Below, one piece after another: positions 14,565 through 30,739 of a stretch of DNA of 64,000 nt. Every line of letters starts with the position of its first letter. Position 1 is the stretch's first letter. A program made the position numbers and the translations under genes. Under the pieces are notes generated by a model. That model worked only from the letters and a program-made list of their open reading frames with translations. It ran no database searches and had not been told where the DNA came from. Source of the DNA: the human T2T-CHM13v2.0 reference genome, Homo sapiens; assembly GCF_009914755.1 (NCBI RefSeq), contig NC_060941.1, one strand, 5' to 3'.

Positions 14565-14970
14565 AGGATTAATTTGGGTATGGCCTATAAAAAATATAAA
14601 ACCTGACTACAGAGGCATAAGGAAATGGAAGTTCATCTTTGTGACAGGATAATTCTAGGGGTGGTAGGCAATTGTTGTCCATGGCTTTTGCTTCTCGGTG
14701 GTGTTAGGGCCAACATCTCTTGGTCTTTCCCCTGTGGTCCCAAGATGGCTGTTGCAACTTAACGCCATCAAACATGCATTCAAGGCAGGAAGAAGAGGAA
14801 AGAACTGTGCCAGCCATACCTGTTTGTTTTTAATCAGAAAAGTAAAACCTTCCCCAGAATTCCCTTCAGCAAACTTTTTGTATTTCATTGGCCAGAACTG
14901 TGTTATGTTGCCACTCCAGGTAGAGCAAGCAAGGGAGAAGGGGTTAGGAATGTGTTTGCTGGGTGACAGT
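14565..14970 (-). mobile_element. MLT1 (J/K/L-like) ERVL-MaLR LTR hosting MIR2909
   Basis: cccaagatggctg, aggcaggaagaag, ttcattggccagaactgtg are typical MLT1 motifs. Confidence 0.7.
14700..14768 (+). ncRNA. MIR2909: pre-miR-2909 hairpin (mature ~14703-14723 GUUAGGGCCAACAUCUCUUGG)
   Basis: Matches recalled hsa-mir-2909, known to lie in an AATF intron; arms pair (GGUGUUA/UAACGCC, CAACA/UGUUG, UCUUGG/CCAAGA). Confidence 0.85.
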
Positions 14971-15798
14971 CCTTGTGACATTTATAAGGAGAAAGGGCTA
15001 TCCCTTGTGGACTGATTCCTAATTACCAGCATTGTTCTCCAGCTGGTTTAGCTACTTAAGGAATGGAATAATAGTCTTGTAGCTGGAGAACTGAACATTT
15101 GTTTTTACCAAAGTGCGCACCATTCTCATTGTGTTTCCTAAGGATAGGGAGACGTGTCCATATCAACTGCTCAAGCTTTATGGTTTGAATAGGCCAGATT
15201 AACTATGGGTACAGTAAATAGGAACTAGCTCTCTCTCCTAGTATCAAAATTTTTAGGGCCAGTAGGTATTGTTAACTTTATCTTAAGTAAGAAGGAAGTA
15301 GTAATAGCTTATCCTCCTTTGTTTTTTTTTAGTGGAAAAACAAAAGTGGAAGTAACCTAGTACCATTCTATTTTGTGTCCCATTTGTACACCACAAATAG
15401 GAAGCTTTCATAATTGTTAGAATATCAATATCACTGCATGCTACTTTTCCTCAAGTAAATACTTTTGGTTTTCCTAAGTTATACATATGTCATTCTTGGT
15501 GTGCCGGGGGCATAGAGAATTTTTTAAACTGATTTCAAGGTAGTGAAGGACTTTATAAGAATGACCACAGGGCCAGAAACTAAAAGGTAAAATATTAATA
15601 GACCTGACTACATAAAAGTCACATTGAAAAAGACATCAAAAACAAAGTTAATAGGTAAATGATGAACTTGAACAAAAAAATTCCAGCAGATGACATATTT
15701 TTCTACTATGTAAAGAGTTTTTACAAATGTCTAAGAATATCCCAATAACAATAATGGACACAGCATATCAACAAGAAGACTTAAAAATCAAAAAAGAA

Positions 15799-16090
15799 GG
15801 TCGGGCACAGTGGCTCACACCTGTAATCCCAGCACTTTGGGAGGCTGAGGCGGGCGGATCACGAGGTCAGGAGATCAAGACCATCCTGGCTAACACGGTG
15901 AAACCCCTTTTCTACTAAAAATACAAAAAATTAGCCGGGCGTGGTGGTGGGCACCTGTAGTCCCAGCTACTGGGAGGCTGAGGCAGGAGAATGGCGTGAA
16001 CCCAGGAGGCGGAGCTTGCAGTGAGCCGAGATCGTGCCACTGCACTCCAGCCTGGGCGACAGAATGAGACTCCATTTAAAAAAAAAAAAT
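15799..16090 (+). mobile_element. AluY with TSD AAAATCAAAAAAGAA
   Basis: Y diagnostics: ggctaacacggtgaaa, atggcgtgaaccc, gagcttgcag. Confidence 0.92.
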
Positions 16091-16159
16091 CAAAAAAGAA
16101 AAATTTCAAGGGCCAAAAACCATAAGCACTTTCAACCTAATCAAAGAAATGCAAATTAA

Positions 16160-17062
<903 letters not shown>

Positions 17063-17974
17063 TTAATTGTGGTAAAATACATGAAACAAAATGTTCTGCC
17101 CTTTTGACTTCTTGTTCCCAGAGGCACCTCCACTTATGGTTCTTAGTTTACCCACATCTGGAAGTAGAAACCCTCTTCTTTTCCTTAGTTGCTCATTGGT
17201 TCCAGTTTACCCTTCCACACGTGCCTAAATTGGATTAATCCTCAGTGGTTTTGGTGGGGTGTCCAGTTGCGTATCCTTGAATCCCCCCCATATCCCTTTT
17301 CCAGTTTGAACTCAGTAAATTTGCCCCTGGTTGACTTAAATTGAAACTGGAACGTAGCTCATTAAGGGAGAGAGAGAGATCTTTAACACAGGATATTATC
17401 CTGGTGGTATATCCTGGTGGAGAAAGAAATGCTATCTTTGAAAGGATAGTGGCATCTTCATTTTGTTTCTCCTGTTGTGTGGTCTGAGTAGTGTTATCTA
17501 TTTAGTTAATTTCTGCTGATACAAATTCTTTTCTCACGCTAAGAATTTTTCTCTTCAAGCGATCTATTTTTTTAAAAAAAAAAACCTTTTAAAATGCAAA
17601 GTAGCCAAGTTGTGTCCCTGTTGTTACCAAATTTCCCTTTGGGGCATTTCCTTCTAGGTAGATGTTGGATATTGATTTAATGCTTTCGGATCTCCTTTGT
17701 TAGTGGAAATCTTATGCAACCCCTGATACTTTCTATGTGCTGGTCTAGTAGATCTTATACTCTTCTCCAGTATGAGGTTACAGATGGTTTGTATTGCATG
17801 CCTGATGAGCATTCCCAATATTGAAAGAAAACAAAAGAAAGCCCAATTTGTCCGTGTATTATGTGTTTGCTTGCAAGGGAGGAGGTTACCATAAGCCTAA
17901 AAATGATCCCTGGCTTTGCTAAACCCTTGATGCTCTTGACACGGGGTAGCTCAGCTCCCAGGACAGCATCATCT

Positions 17975-18284
<310 letters not shown>

Positions 18285-18677
18285 GACAGCGTCATCTTTA
18301 AGAGGCAAAGGATCACTTGTTTTTGTAGAGCCAGAGCTATCAGTGGCCTAAGGAGAAGAAAAGGCTTGACATCTCATTGGTAGAGAATCCTCTAAGCATA
18401 TTATCACCAGCAAGAGCGGGTCAGTACTTTACTTGCATGATTTGCAGGGCTGTTGTTCACTTCTCTATTGAAGTTATTCTAAGCTCATCAAGGACCTTTT
18501 AGAAACAGTGCTTACATTGTGTAATGTGAAATCCCACCTGCCCCATGCCATTAGACCAGAGGGAGTATGATGTGACCATTAAACATGCTATGCGTATATC
18601 AGAATATCACATGCCCCCCATAAATAAGTACACATATAATCTATCAATACAGAAAAAGTAAAGCCAGTGTTGGATGC

Positions 18678-19105
18678 TGATACGGTTTGGATTGGCATCC
18701 CTGCCAAATCTCATGTTGAAATGTAATCCCCAGTGTTGGAGGTGGGGCCTGGTGGGAGGTGATTGGATCATGGGGGTGGATTTCTCATCAGTGGTTTAGC
18801 ACCATTCCCGTGGTGCTGTCCTCATAACAGTGAGTTCTTGAGAGATCTGGTTGTTTAGCAGTGTGTGGCTTCTCCCCTGTCCCCACTCTCTCTCTTGCTC
18901 CTGCTGTGGCCTTGTGAGGCATCTGCTCCCCCTTCGCCTTCTGCCATGATTGTAAGCTTCCAGAGGCCTCATCAGAAGCTGGACAGATGCCTGGTTCATG
19001 CTTCCTGTACAGCCTGCAGAACCGTGAGCCAATTAAACCTCCTGTCTCAATAAATTACCCAGCCTCAAATATTTCTTTACTGCACTGCAAGAATGGCCTA
19101 ATACA
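18678..19105 (+). mobile_element. MSTA/MSTB solo LTR (ERVL-MaLR)
   Basis: TGATACGGTTTGG start, ...CTAATACA end, near-TSD GATGC/GAAGC. Confidence 0.9.
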
Positions 19106-21344
19106 GAAGCATTCCAAAAATGAAAATAAAATAAAATAAATGCAGATGATCTCTCACTATAGTTCTAACAAAGTGAAGGAATTTGGGGTTATGGAAATAA
19201 GCATCTGCTTTTTGCCTGTGTTTTTGACAGACCCTCTGAGGCAGACTGAGTTAATTGTCATTTGTTGTGTGGATGTAAGTCAGTAAAATGCTAGTATGAC
19301 AAGACAAACAAATACTGACTGAGACCCCTGAGACAGGAAGAGATGTGTTCCTCAAAACTGGCCACTGACTCAGATTTGGGAAGGGACATTCATGTGAACC
19401 TGCTCTGTTGGCATTGGTTTTGGCTGTCAGGATGGAAAGGGTCTGGTGATGGCAGTCAGCTTGATGCATGCCAAAGAAAATAGGTGTTTGCCTTGCATTA
19501 AATGCTGCTTCAAGGAGAGGATATTAGATAGATTTGATGCTGGTACTGTCAGTTAAAAGTGTAGGTATTGAATTTTTCTAAATAGATTTCCCCCCCTTAT
19601 TCCAAAAATGGTAGCAAGATTAACATTTTGTAGGTACTCCATTCCTTTGCAAATAACTTAAAGAAATTCTCAAAATGTACAGCAAGAGTTTCAATTTTAG
19701 CTCCCTGTTCTCTCCCCAAAAATACAAAACTACCTTTCCCACTCCTTTTATAAAGCTGCTGGCATTAAAAAAAGAACAAGGAGAGGATCCTTTAATGATA
19801 AGTACTGAGCACCAAATACATTATTGTTTTACATCTGGAGTTTTAGAAAAGAAATGTACAAATGCAATCCAGCCTTGTAAAGTGCTTTGTCAACATCACT
19901 GCCACGTTGTTCTTGAGATGCCCTGGTATAATAGAAATTGTACAGGCAATTTATCTTCGGCTTGCCATTTTTGTGTATGGGTCTGCACCCTAAATATGGG
20001 CATACTCTACCACTCTACTGATGATATTCTTTTCCCCCAGTTGGTAACCCAGAAGATAGTTAAACCATTTCTTGCTCCCCCCTACCTATATTTAATAGGA
20101 ATATGCACTGAATCATGGTGAGATATTCTGGTGTAGCTTGCTCAGCATTTGAGAACACATCAGCTAATAACCCCTGAAATACCCTCCATAGAGCATTTTC
20201 TGTTGGTTAAAAACTTGCAAGCAAGAATGGTTAAAGTACAGATGTTTTCTCTGAGGCTTCGTATCTCCTAAAAAGACACAGGTTATTCTGACAGGTGAGA
20301 CAAGCCCAGGCAAATATGCAACATTGATCTAATCAGCAAGAACAAGAGTGATGTTTTAACTGGGGCTACCTTTTACCAGCGTCATTAAAGGCTCCCATTA
20401 CTCTTTTATTAGAGGTTCCCTCTCTTCCTTATCAGATTACAGAATGAACATAACTCATGGCAGTGATTTGATCTCTTGTTAAAGAGGATTACAGCTTTGC
20501 ATTAACTCGGATTGACACAGTTTATAATTTGCTTGTTGATTCTCAGGTGGGTAGCACCACACGTTTGACCCCCCAGCAGTGCTGAGGGGAAAGGACCCGC
20601 ATATATCATCATTAAGGATGGCGTCCAGCACAGAGATAGGGGCATGGGGCCTTCTTTCGCCAGTAATGTCAGAAAGGACAAAGGAAACACTCTCAAGTTC
20701 AAACCTAAGGCTTGGGCCAGAGTTTTAAAACTGGGTTGGAAAAAAAACACTGCTGTTGTTTCTTCTATTTTTCCTGATTTGCTGCTGTTCAGTCTCTTAT
20801 TCTAGAGAACTTGCATTGTCAAAATGAAGCCTTGGCTCCAAGCAGGAGGTAGAGTGATAAAAGCACATCTTCTAGAAAGAGATTTGTAGATGCTGAACAG
20901 ATAAATCCTTCCTCAAAATGGGCCTTTTTGACTATAGTTCTCATTTCTGCACTTATATTCTCATCGCTTCTTCAAAGGATTGTAAATCCTCTTTTTTTCC
21001 CAAAGGGATGTTTCACATTCTTTAAAGTGTGTGTAAATGTTTCTCTTAAGGACTTGTTTTTTAATTTTTATTATTATTGGCTTTCTAAATATATTGCAAT
21101 ATCTTACAGATATTGTATTAATCACAGCTAAGTAACTGGCAAGTTACTTGCAAGCCGGTAGGCAATAGCTAAGTTTTTCACCTTAATTTAGTTAGTCATA
21201 ATCATGTTATTGATGTGCCCCACAGTGATCACTGAGCCAACAGTCGATTGCTGAGATACCATTTCTGTTTCTAAGTGCAGTTATCCTTCGCTCTGATTTA
21301 TCCACTGTAAGTCTGTCCCCTGTGTCTGATGGGCAATGAAATAA

Positions 21345-21590
21345 TATAGAATAATCATATCATATTTCACTTACTGAGAGTTTACTATATGCCAGACATT
21401 GCACTAAGCCCTTCACATATATTTTCATTTGTTCCTCATTTAAAAAAAAAAACAGTGATTGATGTTATCTGCATTTTATAAGAATACTAAGGCATGGAAC
21501 AATTAAATAACTTGCCTAAGCTGAACAGCAAGTAAGTAGTGGAACAGGTGTGTGCATCTAAGAGTGTGGTCCCAACCCCCACTGCTGTTG
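21345..21590 (-). mobile_element. MIR SINE
   Basis: ttactgagagtttactatatgccagacattg...aaataacttgcctaag. Confidence 0.72.
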
Positions 21591-22396
21591 CCAAGAAATT
21601 CACAAACTTTTAGAAATATTTGGGAATCATGTGCCACAGGGAAGGCCCCCACCCCCACCCCTAGCTACTCTTTCAAAAACTTATTTGGGGGGGGGAACTT
21701 CTTTAGATTAAAATGCTTCCCCCCCCACGCTTTCTTTTATAGGAGAGATGCTTTCTATACAGGAAGGTTTTGCCTGTCAGTCATTCATATTTTAGTGTGA
21801 ATCACTGGATTCCCAAACCTGGTTTTATGTTATATCATTCTGGTTACAAAGACCTTAGACCTCATAATTAGCTTTGAATCCTGATCTGGTATATTTAGTC
21901 AGTTTATGCATGTAATTCTATTCTCTGCCATAGTCAGGCACCTATCACCTACTTTTCTTAGAGACAGTATCTTTTTCCTGTATAATAAAAATAGTGCATG
22001 CTTATGGAAGAAAATTTGAAAAATATAGAAAGGACAAAGAAAAATTTGTCATCCTGCTATTGAGGGTAGAACATTATTAATACTTTTACATGTTTTCTTA
22101 TAGAATTTTTTGTGTATGTATTTTATACAGATATATACGTATGTGTTTGAATCTTTTTTCAGATTAACTTATAAGCATTTTAATGCCTTAAGTATTTTTA
22201 AAAGCATTTTAATAACCTAATAATCTATTATGGAATATGTATTATTGTTGGACATTTAGGTTGTTTGTAGTTGCCTTTCTTTTCAAGTAGTGCTGCAGTG
22301 AACATATATATACAGAAATCTATGTTCTAGGTTTTGCTGTGTCTTTAGAATAGATTTCTGGGTCAAATATCTAAACTTTCTAATGACTCTTGATGA

Positions 22397-22842
<446 letters not shown>

Positions 22843-23329
22843 TAACAAATGACACCTTATTGAGGACATATAATATGGTAGGCAGTGGGCTATAATCTAA
22901 TGTTTATTTTCTCTTATAATAGTAAATTTGAAGAGTATTAATCATGTATTTCTATCATTTGTAGTTGTTTTTATCCTTTGCCCATTTTCTTTTTGAGTTT
23001 TGACTTTTCTTTATGAATTTTCTTCCTGTATGAATTCTCTATATTATGGCTATATTTATGGTTATATAACATTTCCTGGTTTTTGTAGATTTCCATATTT
23101 TGCTTACCTGTCAATATTAATGATTTTTATTGGTTACATAGAAGTTTTACTTTTTAACCTGATTAAATATATAAGAACCTTTTTGTGGGGGGTGTTTTTC
23201 ATTGTTTTATGATTAGGCAATCTCTCCTGTATCCCAGAACAATTATTCACCTATATTTTATTTAATTTCATCTGAATTTTTTTTCTTTTAATCTACTTGG
23301 GAGCATTATTTTAATATATTATTCAATGA

Positions 23330-24012
<683 letters not shown>

Positions 24013-25490
24013 AATTTTTTTTTTTTTAATTCCCACATCGACTATTACACTAACGGCATATTAACCAATAGTCTGTATTCTCATCAGTTCTGTTTCATTG
24101 CCAGATTCACCTTCCTCCAATATCACATGCTACTCTTTGCCTCTAGCATAAAACCCAGACTCTCAAGCCTGCCAGTCAAGGCCATCGATGACTTGTTGCC
24201 TTGCTACTTTTCTCTCCTTATCGCCTATTTCACCCCATGTGCTGTCCAGAGCAGACACCTGCAATCCCTGGGACACACTCCCTATTCTGCATGTCTGTTC
24301 ATTCTGCTCATAGCCTGCAGCATCTCCCACCCCCGTCTCACTGTTGTTTCCTGTTGAAATATTCAGTCATGAGGTCACCAGCCTTTCTAGGGAGACTTCA
24401 GATTCTCCACCCCCACTGAGCTTTCTTCTTTGAACCCATTCTGTTTGTTCCTCCCAAACAGTTAAACTGTTAACTGTATAACAGTTCACAGACACACTTA
24501 TTGGGGGCTTTTTTCTTGCTAAGTATGTTAACTTAAAAGTCAAAGAAGTATGCCTGTGTGTACTGTAATCTTGTATTTGGTATTATCGAGATTTTATGTT
24601 CATATATTTGGAATAATATATTTTAATTTCAATTGTAGTATTTGCAAAACACTTCACTTAAGGTCTTTTTCCAGTTATTGTCGGCCTCCTCTGAGCTCGG
24701 CGCTGACTCAGTATTCCTGAGCACCTTATGCCCTCGCTCGTATGCAGTGCCACCCTGGGAAGCCTTCTTTATGGGCCATGGTTTCTTTCTTTTACATAGT
24801 GAAAACAGGCCTCTTGTTCACTGGATTCTTGAGAATAAAATGTTCTTTTTAATTTTTTAATTTCTGAGAAGGACTATTTTAAATGTAACCCCTAACAGAT
24901 AATTATTTAAATAAACAAACTTTGTGTTTTCACATCTGTGTATTACGCCACTGTCCCTCAGCATGCAATACAGACATAGCCATTTCTGTGCAAACCCCAA
25001 AAAAAGTTGGGTAGAGGCTTCCTGTCTGAGATGCTTTTAAAGGCCCCCAGCTTGTATGTTTGTTTACAGTTTGCTGTTTACAAGATTATTTTTGCAACTG
25101 TCCTATAAGATGAAGATGAGTTTCTTGCCTCTTTTGCTGAAATCTCTCCAAATCATCTCACTTCTTTAATATACTTTCCTCTGCTTCCATGTCACTTTGT
25201 ATAGATCCATATTATGTATAGCATCTACCACCAGGTTGTTTCCTAATTATTCATAGGTTAGGTCTCCATGCTAAACCATTGCACCGCTTGAGGGCCGGCT
25301 CCTTATTTTGTTCTTAGCTCATGGCAATGTTGGAAAAGACCCAGAATGAAAGGTTCTCCTCTGGGACTTCTGATTCCCCACCCTTTGCTTAGAGGGTTTT
25401 TGGGGTCATTTTTACTTAGGATTGAACCCTGGGAAAGGCTCTCTCAAGAACACTCTTACATGTCCATCACTTCCAAGACCCTAAACTTTG

Positions 25491-25577
25491 TATACACTAT
25501 AGGTTTTCTCCTGCTATATACTATATACTATAGGTTTCTCCTGCTATATACTATATACTATAGGTTTTCTGTGCTAT
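25491..25577. repeat. ~30-bp tandem repeat (CTATAGGTTTCTCCTGCTATATACTATATA) x~2.7
   Basis: Directly visible; gives the RFLLLYTIYY repeat in the ORF track. Confidence 0.88.
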
Positions 25578-25618
25578 TTAAACCAGGTTTGGTTCTGATG
25601 GCCTTCCTATAAATTATT

Positions 25619-25853
25619 ACAGGTCAAGTGTCACCTATCGAATTCTTGCGTCCAGAGGAATTTCGTATTTCAGATTTTCTTGGATTTGGAAATATTTGTA
25701 TTATCCCCGTTGAGCATGCCTAATCTGAAAATCTGAAATCTGAAGTGCTCCAGTGAGCATTTTCTTACAGCATAGTTCGTGTCGGTGCTCAAAAAGTTTT
25801 AGATTTCGGAGCATTTCAGATTTCAGATACTTGAGTTAGAGATACTCACCATG
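25619..25853. mobile_element. MER46/Tigger4-like DNA transposon MITE
   Basis: ctaatctgaaaatctgaaatc...gctcaaaaagttttagatttcggagcatttcagattt. Confidence 0.75.
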
Positions 25854-27701
25854 CAGTTACTATGGAGCATGAAGAACCCCAGCAGGGCTCTGTAGTGATT
25901 TATAGCTTTCGGTCAGTGTTCTGGACTCTGCTTTCAGGATTTTTCTTTAAGAAGAAAACAGTTCTGGAATGGATTCTGTAAGTGCATTAACAAAGCATAA
26001 AGGCCTGGCTGCTTTGTTATTTTTAGTGTTGGTATTAAGTGTCAAGCTAAGAAAGGATATTTAGATCGAGGACCTTACCTCGTTAGACTTGGAGTTCAAG
26101 TTGCTGGCAGCACCTAGTCATGGGAAGCTCTCACCAGCCACCCTCAGAAATGAGGTCCTGAATGAGCCATAACCACACCCTATGCTTTACCACTGTCTCC
26201 CTGGGGAGCAGAACACTTTATAAACATTAATTCTTTGACCCCCTGGGCACCTCCACTTACGTGGTAAATAAGACTGAAGGCCTTTCTTCTACAATATAGA
26301 TGAGGAAACATCAGCCCAGAAGGGAAATTACTTGATGAGAGACAGGTGAGCAGCCATGGGCCCCAGGGTGTTTGGAGTCTCAGTAGCTGACCTGCAGCAG
26401 CACTCGTGGCTGCCGACACCCAGGAGACACAGTCCTGTTCCGTTCCCCTTTCTGCTTCTCAGAGGGTAGTGGGGGTTGGGCCTTTTGTCTCTTGTATGGA
26501 ATGTGAAATGCTGCAAAGACGAGCAATTGTTCTTCAATGCTTTGTCCTCCCCTATAAGAAAGAAGAAATCAATACACATTTTCTCATACACACACTTGGC
26601 AGCACTCTGCCTTCTCTTCCACAGCTCGGTCCTACAGGGGGAAACACAACTGTACAGCCAGACAGACTCTTCAGGTTCAGGGGAAGAAATGCAAACTGCT
26701 CACTTTGCACTTAGCAGTCAGGCTTTTTAGAGCCAATCGTATAACTGGCTGAGGTAATCAAACTGCTGACCTCAGAGACTAGCTGGTGAAACGAGTGGGA
26801 GAGATGCCCTGTTGCAGGCCCCCTGTTGCAGGCCTGCTCAGTGCTGCTGGGGAAAGCTCACCTGGCAGGTGTTTAGGACAGATGCTCCTTTTGCTGAATT
26901 TCTGATTTGCAGAGGCAGGAAGGAAGTTCTTTGAAGGATACTATTAAAAACCAAAAAATTATGGACAGATTGAGAGCAGCCTTTTTTTTTTAATCAATTA
27001 ATAGGCATACAGTCTGAACAAGAGCCCCATCTCAGACTGGATTTTATTTTTTCATCAGAAAATGTGGTATCGATATCTGTAATTTTGTCTTACAGCTCAC
27101 TGCCATTAAACAGTTGTGTGGGATGTGAATAAAAAAGAATTTGCTGCCATTGTTAGGAGAAATGGTAGCTTGGGTGTCAGAAGAGCCTTGCAAGGCAGGA
27201 GATGAGTTTAGGGGGAGGGCAGGGGAGCGGGGACTCGGGCTCTGGGGTCCTTCACGCGGAGGAGACCATTAGACCATTAGAGTGTGTGTAGGATCACCAG
27301 GGGAGGGTGTCAAAAGAAGAGAGGAAGCCAAGAGCAGAACCTGGGAGAAGGAAGGCAGAGGAGAGCCAGGAGAACACATGCTCCTTGAACGCTCGGGGGG
27401 AGACTTCCGGGTAGGGCAGCTGGCCAGCAGCTGGAAGGGCTTGCTCCCCAGGCCCCAGCGGTTCCTCTGTGTCCCCTGACTCGCATTGCAGAGCTGGCAC
27501 TTTGCATTTGCTCACTTACTAGTTACTTCTTGTGCGTTTTGATTGGTACCCGATTTCTAAGCAAAAGAAATCCTCCAACTTATTACCAGAAGTAATAGCA
27601 GAGTGCCTTGCCAAAACTCTATGGGTTGACATTGAATACCCTCACTAATTCCTGCGTGTTGAAGTTAAGCTAGAGCTGAGCGATGCATCCTGTGCTCCCC
27701 C

Positions 27702-27745
<44 letters not shown>

Positions 27746-27755
27746 TGCACACACG
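27702..27755. repeat. (CA)n microsatellite
   Basis: Directly visible. Confidence 0.95.
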
Positions 27756-28796
27756 CCCTGGGTTGTTGGGCAGCATCCTGATACGGATACAAATGTAACT
27801 GGAATGTCAGTCTCACCTTCTGTGCGGCTGGGGGAAGTGATTCACGTCTAAGCAGTGAAGCATCCCCTAGCTTTTAACAGGAGCTGTTAGAGGGGCTGCT
27901 GTTTGAACAAGGAGCTTCATCTTCCTGAAGCCAGCAGTCACAAAACCGTAAACACAACACTGGCCAACTCTATTGCGGGGACCGTGGTGGCTTGACGTTA
28001 ATATTAAACATCTCCAGCAAGGCAGAGAGCTCTGCATCCCAGGTCCGGAATAAAAATAAATAAAAATAAAGAGAAACCCTGCTAAAAGCAGTGTGATGAT
28101 TTGTCGTCTTTCCTTTGTGAGGCCATTTGTCTTCTCTCACATCAAATCTGTTATAAAACAGTCAAACTGTGAAAGTGGACATCATCCCGGGAATATGGAA
28201 TATTAATGCGTGGAAGGAGCGGCGCCCCTTTTGTCTGAAGAGTGGCTCCTCCCCCACCCCTCTGCTTTTTTGCAAGTCCGCTAAGGTAAATTATTTTTCT
28301 TTAAAATCATGTGGAAGATTTGAAGCTAGTAGTAGGGATGGTGGAAGTTTTGAGTATTTTTCTTCCTTTGTTAAAGTGCAGGGGATTTGTGACTGGCTTG
28401 AGTAAGGAGGAAGCACAAGTGAGAAGAAAACCTGTCCACGTGCAGTCCCCTTCTCGCCCCCATCCCTCTCCCCTCTCCTCCCTGTTCCCCAGCCTCTCAG
28501 TTCCTTTGTTTGGGGCCTGAACCTGCTTCTTGGAACATTTATAAATCTTGAGTCTGTCTGATCTTTAGGGGACAGGCCAGAGGCCGTGTGTCACCATGTG
28601 TAATTTAGAGCTGTAGGGCTAAAAGCTTTTCCAGAGGTTTGAAGGACCTAGTTCTGACCTGACCAAAAGAACGAATTGGAACAGACCTTCTAGAGTCTCC
28701 TTCAAGCACTGGGGAGGATGGTGATGAGAGCAGACACACGGGGTAATTTATGGGCTCCGCTGACTGGTGGCTGGGTCCACTTGGAAACGAGTCGTG

Positions 28797-28815
28797 TACT
28801 GCCACCTTGTGGCAG
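28797..28815 (-). promoter_or_regulatory. Candidate CTCF site (reverse strand TGCCACAAGGTGGCAGTA)
   Basis: Close match to the CCACNAGRKGGCRS core; motif only. Confidence 0.45.
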
Positions 28816-29243
28816 ATTCGGGCGGCTGCGGTTTTGTTGTTTTGGAACCTTGTGAAGAGTTTCAGCTAGTGTCGGATTGGACATGATTTGCCTTGTATCT
28901 AGATTTAGGTAATTAGTGATAGATAAGGGGTGTCTCTGAGTCATTCTTATTTTGCTAAGTTGATCCTGTTAAGAAATAAGTCTTAGCTGAAAGAAGACTG
29001 CTTTCTTTCCCCTTTACCTCCTTTCTTCTGCTTTGTGGTTTTTTTATGGGGGTTTTTGTTGTTGTTCAGTTTTGGTTTGTTTTTTGGTATGGAATTATGA
29101 TGAGATTTCAGGAGAGAAGCCTGTGATCCTCCTTGGGTTGTTGGGGGATGTTAAGAGGAGAGTGAGGGAGAGTAAGTACCGACTTTTTGGCCGTATTCAG
29201 AAATCCTAAGTTTTCTACTATAGTGATTTTTGTGTCATTCTGA

Positions 29244-29642
<399 letters not shown>

Positions 29643-29974
29643 TGAGGAGCTAAGTTCTAATGCATGTCACCTGTGTCTGAGCCCATTCCCGTGACATACA
29701 TAGGGCTGCCCCTACCACACAGCCCCAAAGAGCACAGGGCGATTGCCTGCCATTTGGATCAGTATGTTTCTCCTTTTAGGTCATAGAGACACTTCTCAAA
29801 TATCTTTCTCTCATTTGTAAAGTCACTGATACCGAGTAGGATGAATTTGGGTCGGGGAAAGCAAAGGAATGATGAAAGGAGGGTGCCATTTAGTCCCTCG
29901 TGTTGGTTGGGAGCAACTGTAATGCATGCACACAGGTCCTCAGCATGTTGCTCTGTCTCATTCCATTTCTCATG

Positions 29975-30160
29975 ATCATAGATGACGATGCCATTTATGC
30001 AATGCGGACTTTGCTTAGTGCTGTAAAAACAGTATGTTTAAGGAAGATATTGTCACCATCTTACTGATGAGGAAGCTAAGATTCAGGGGGCTAAGTAATT
30101 TACCTAAGGTCCTAGACCCAGTAAGGACCTGAGCCAGTCAGAACCAACTCTGACAGCACC
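29975..30160 (-). mobile_element. MIR SINE
   Basis: ccatcttactgatgaggaagctaagattcagg...aagtaatttacctaaggtc. Confidence 0.7.
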
Positions 30161-30291
30161 TTCCAGCCCCTCTGCATTTGTGATACCATGCTCTATGCCA
30201 TATAAAAGCATTCGCCTTGTTCTATTTAACTATTCAAGATTTCTATTAAGCTGGTTTCTCTAAGTATATAAGAAAAGAAAGCTGCTGTCCA

Positions 30292-30739
<448 letters not shown>

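Noticed and set aside
19675-20121. 148-aa intronic ORF
   Set aside because: No recognisable domain, splice context or retrocopy hallmarks.
26807-26835. 14-bp direct duplication CCCTGTTGCAGGCC (similar micro-duplications near 17397 and 27263)
   Set aside because: Ordinary slippage events with no further structure.
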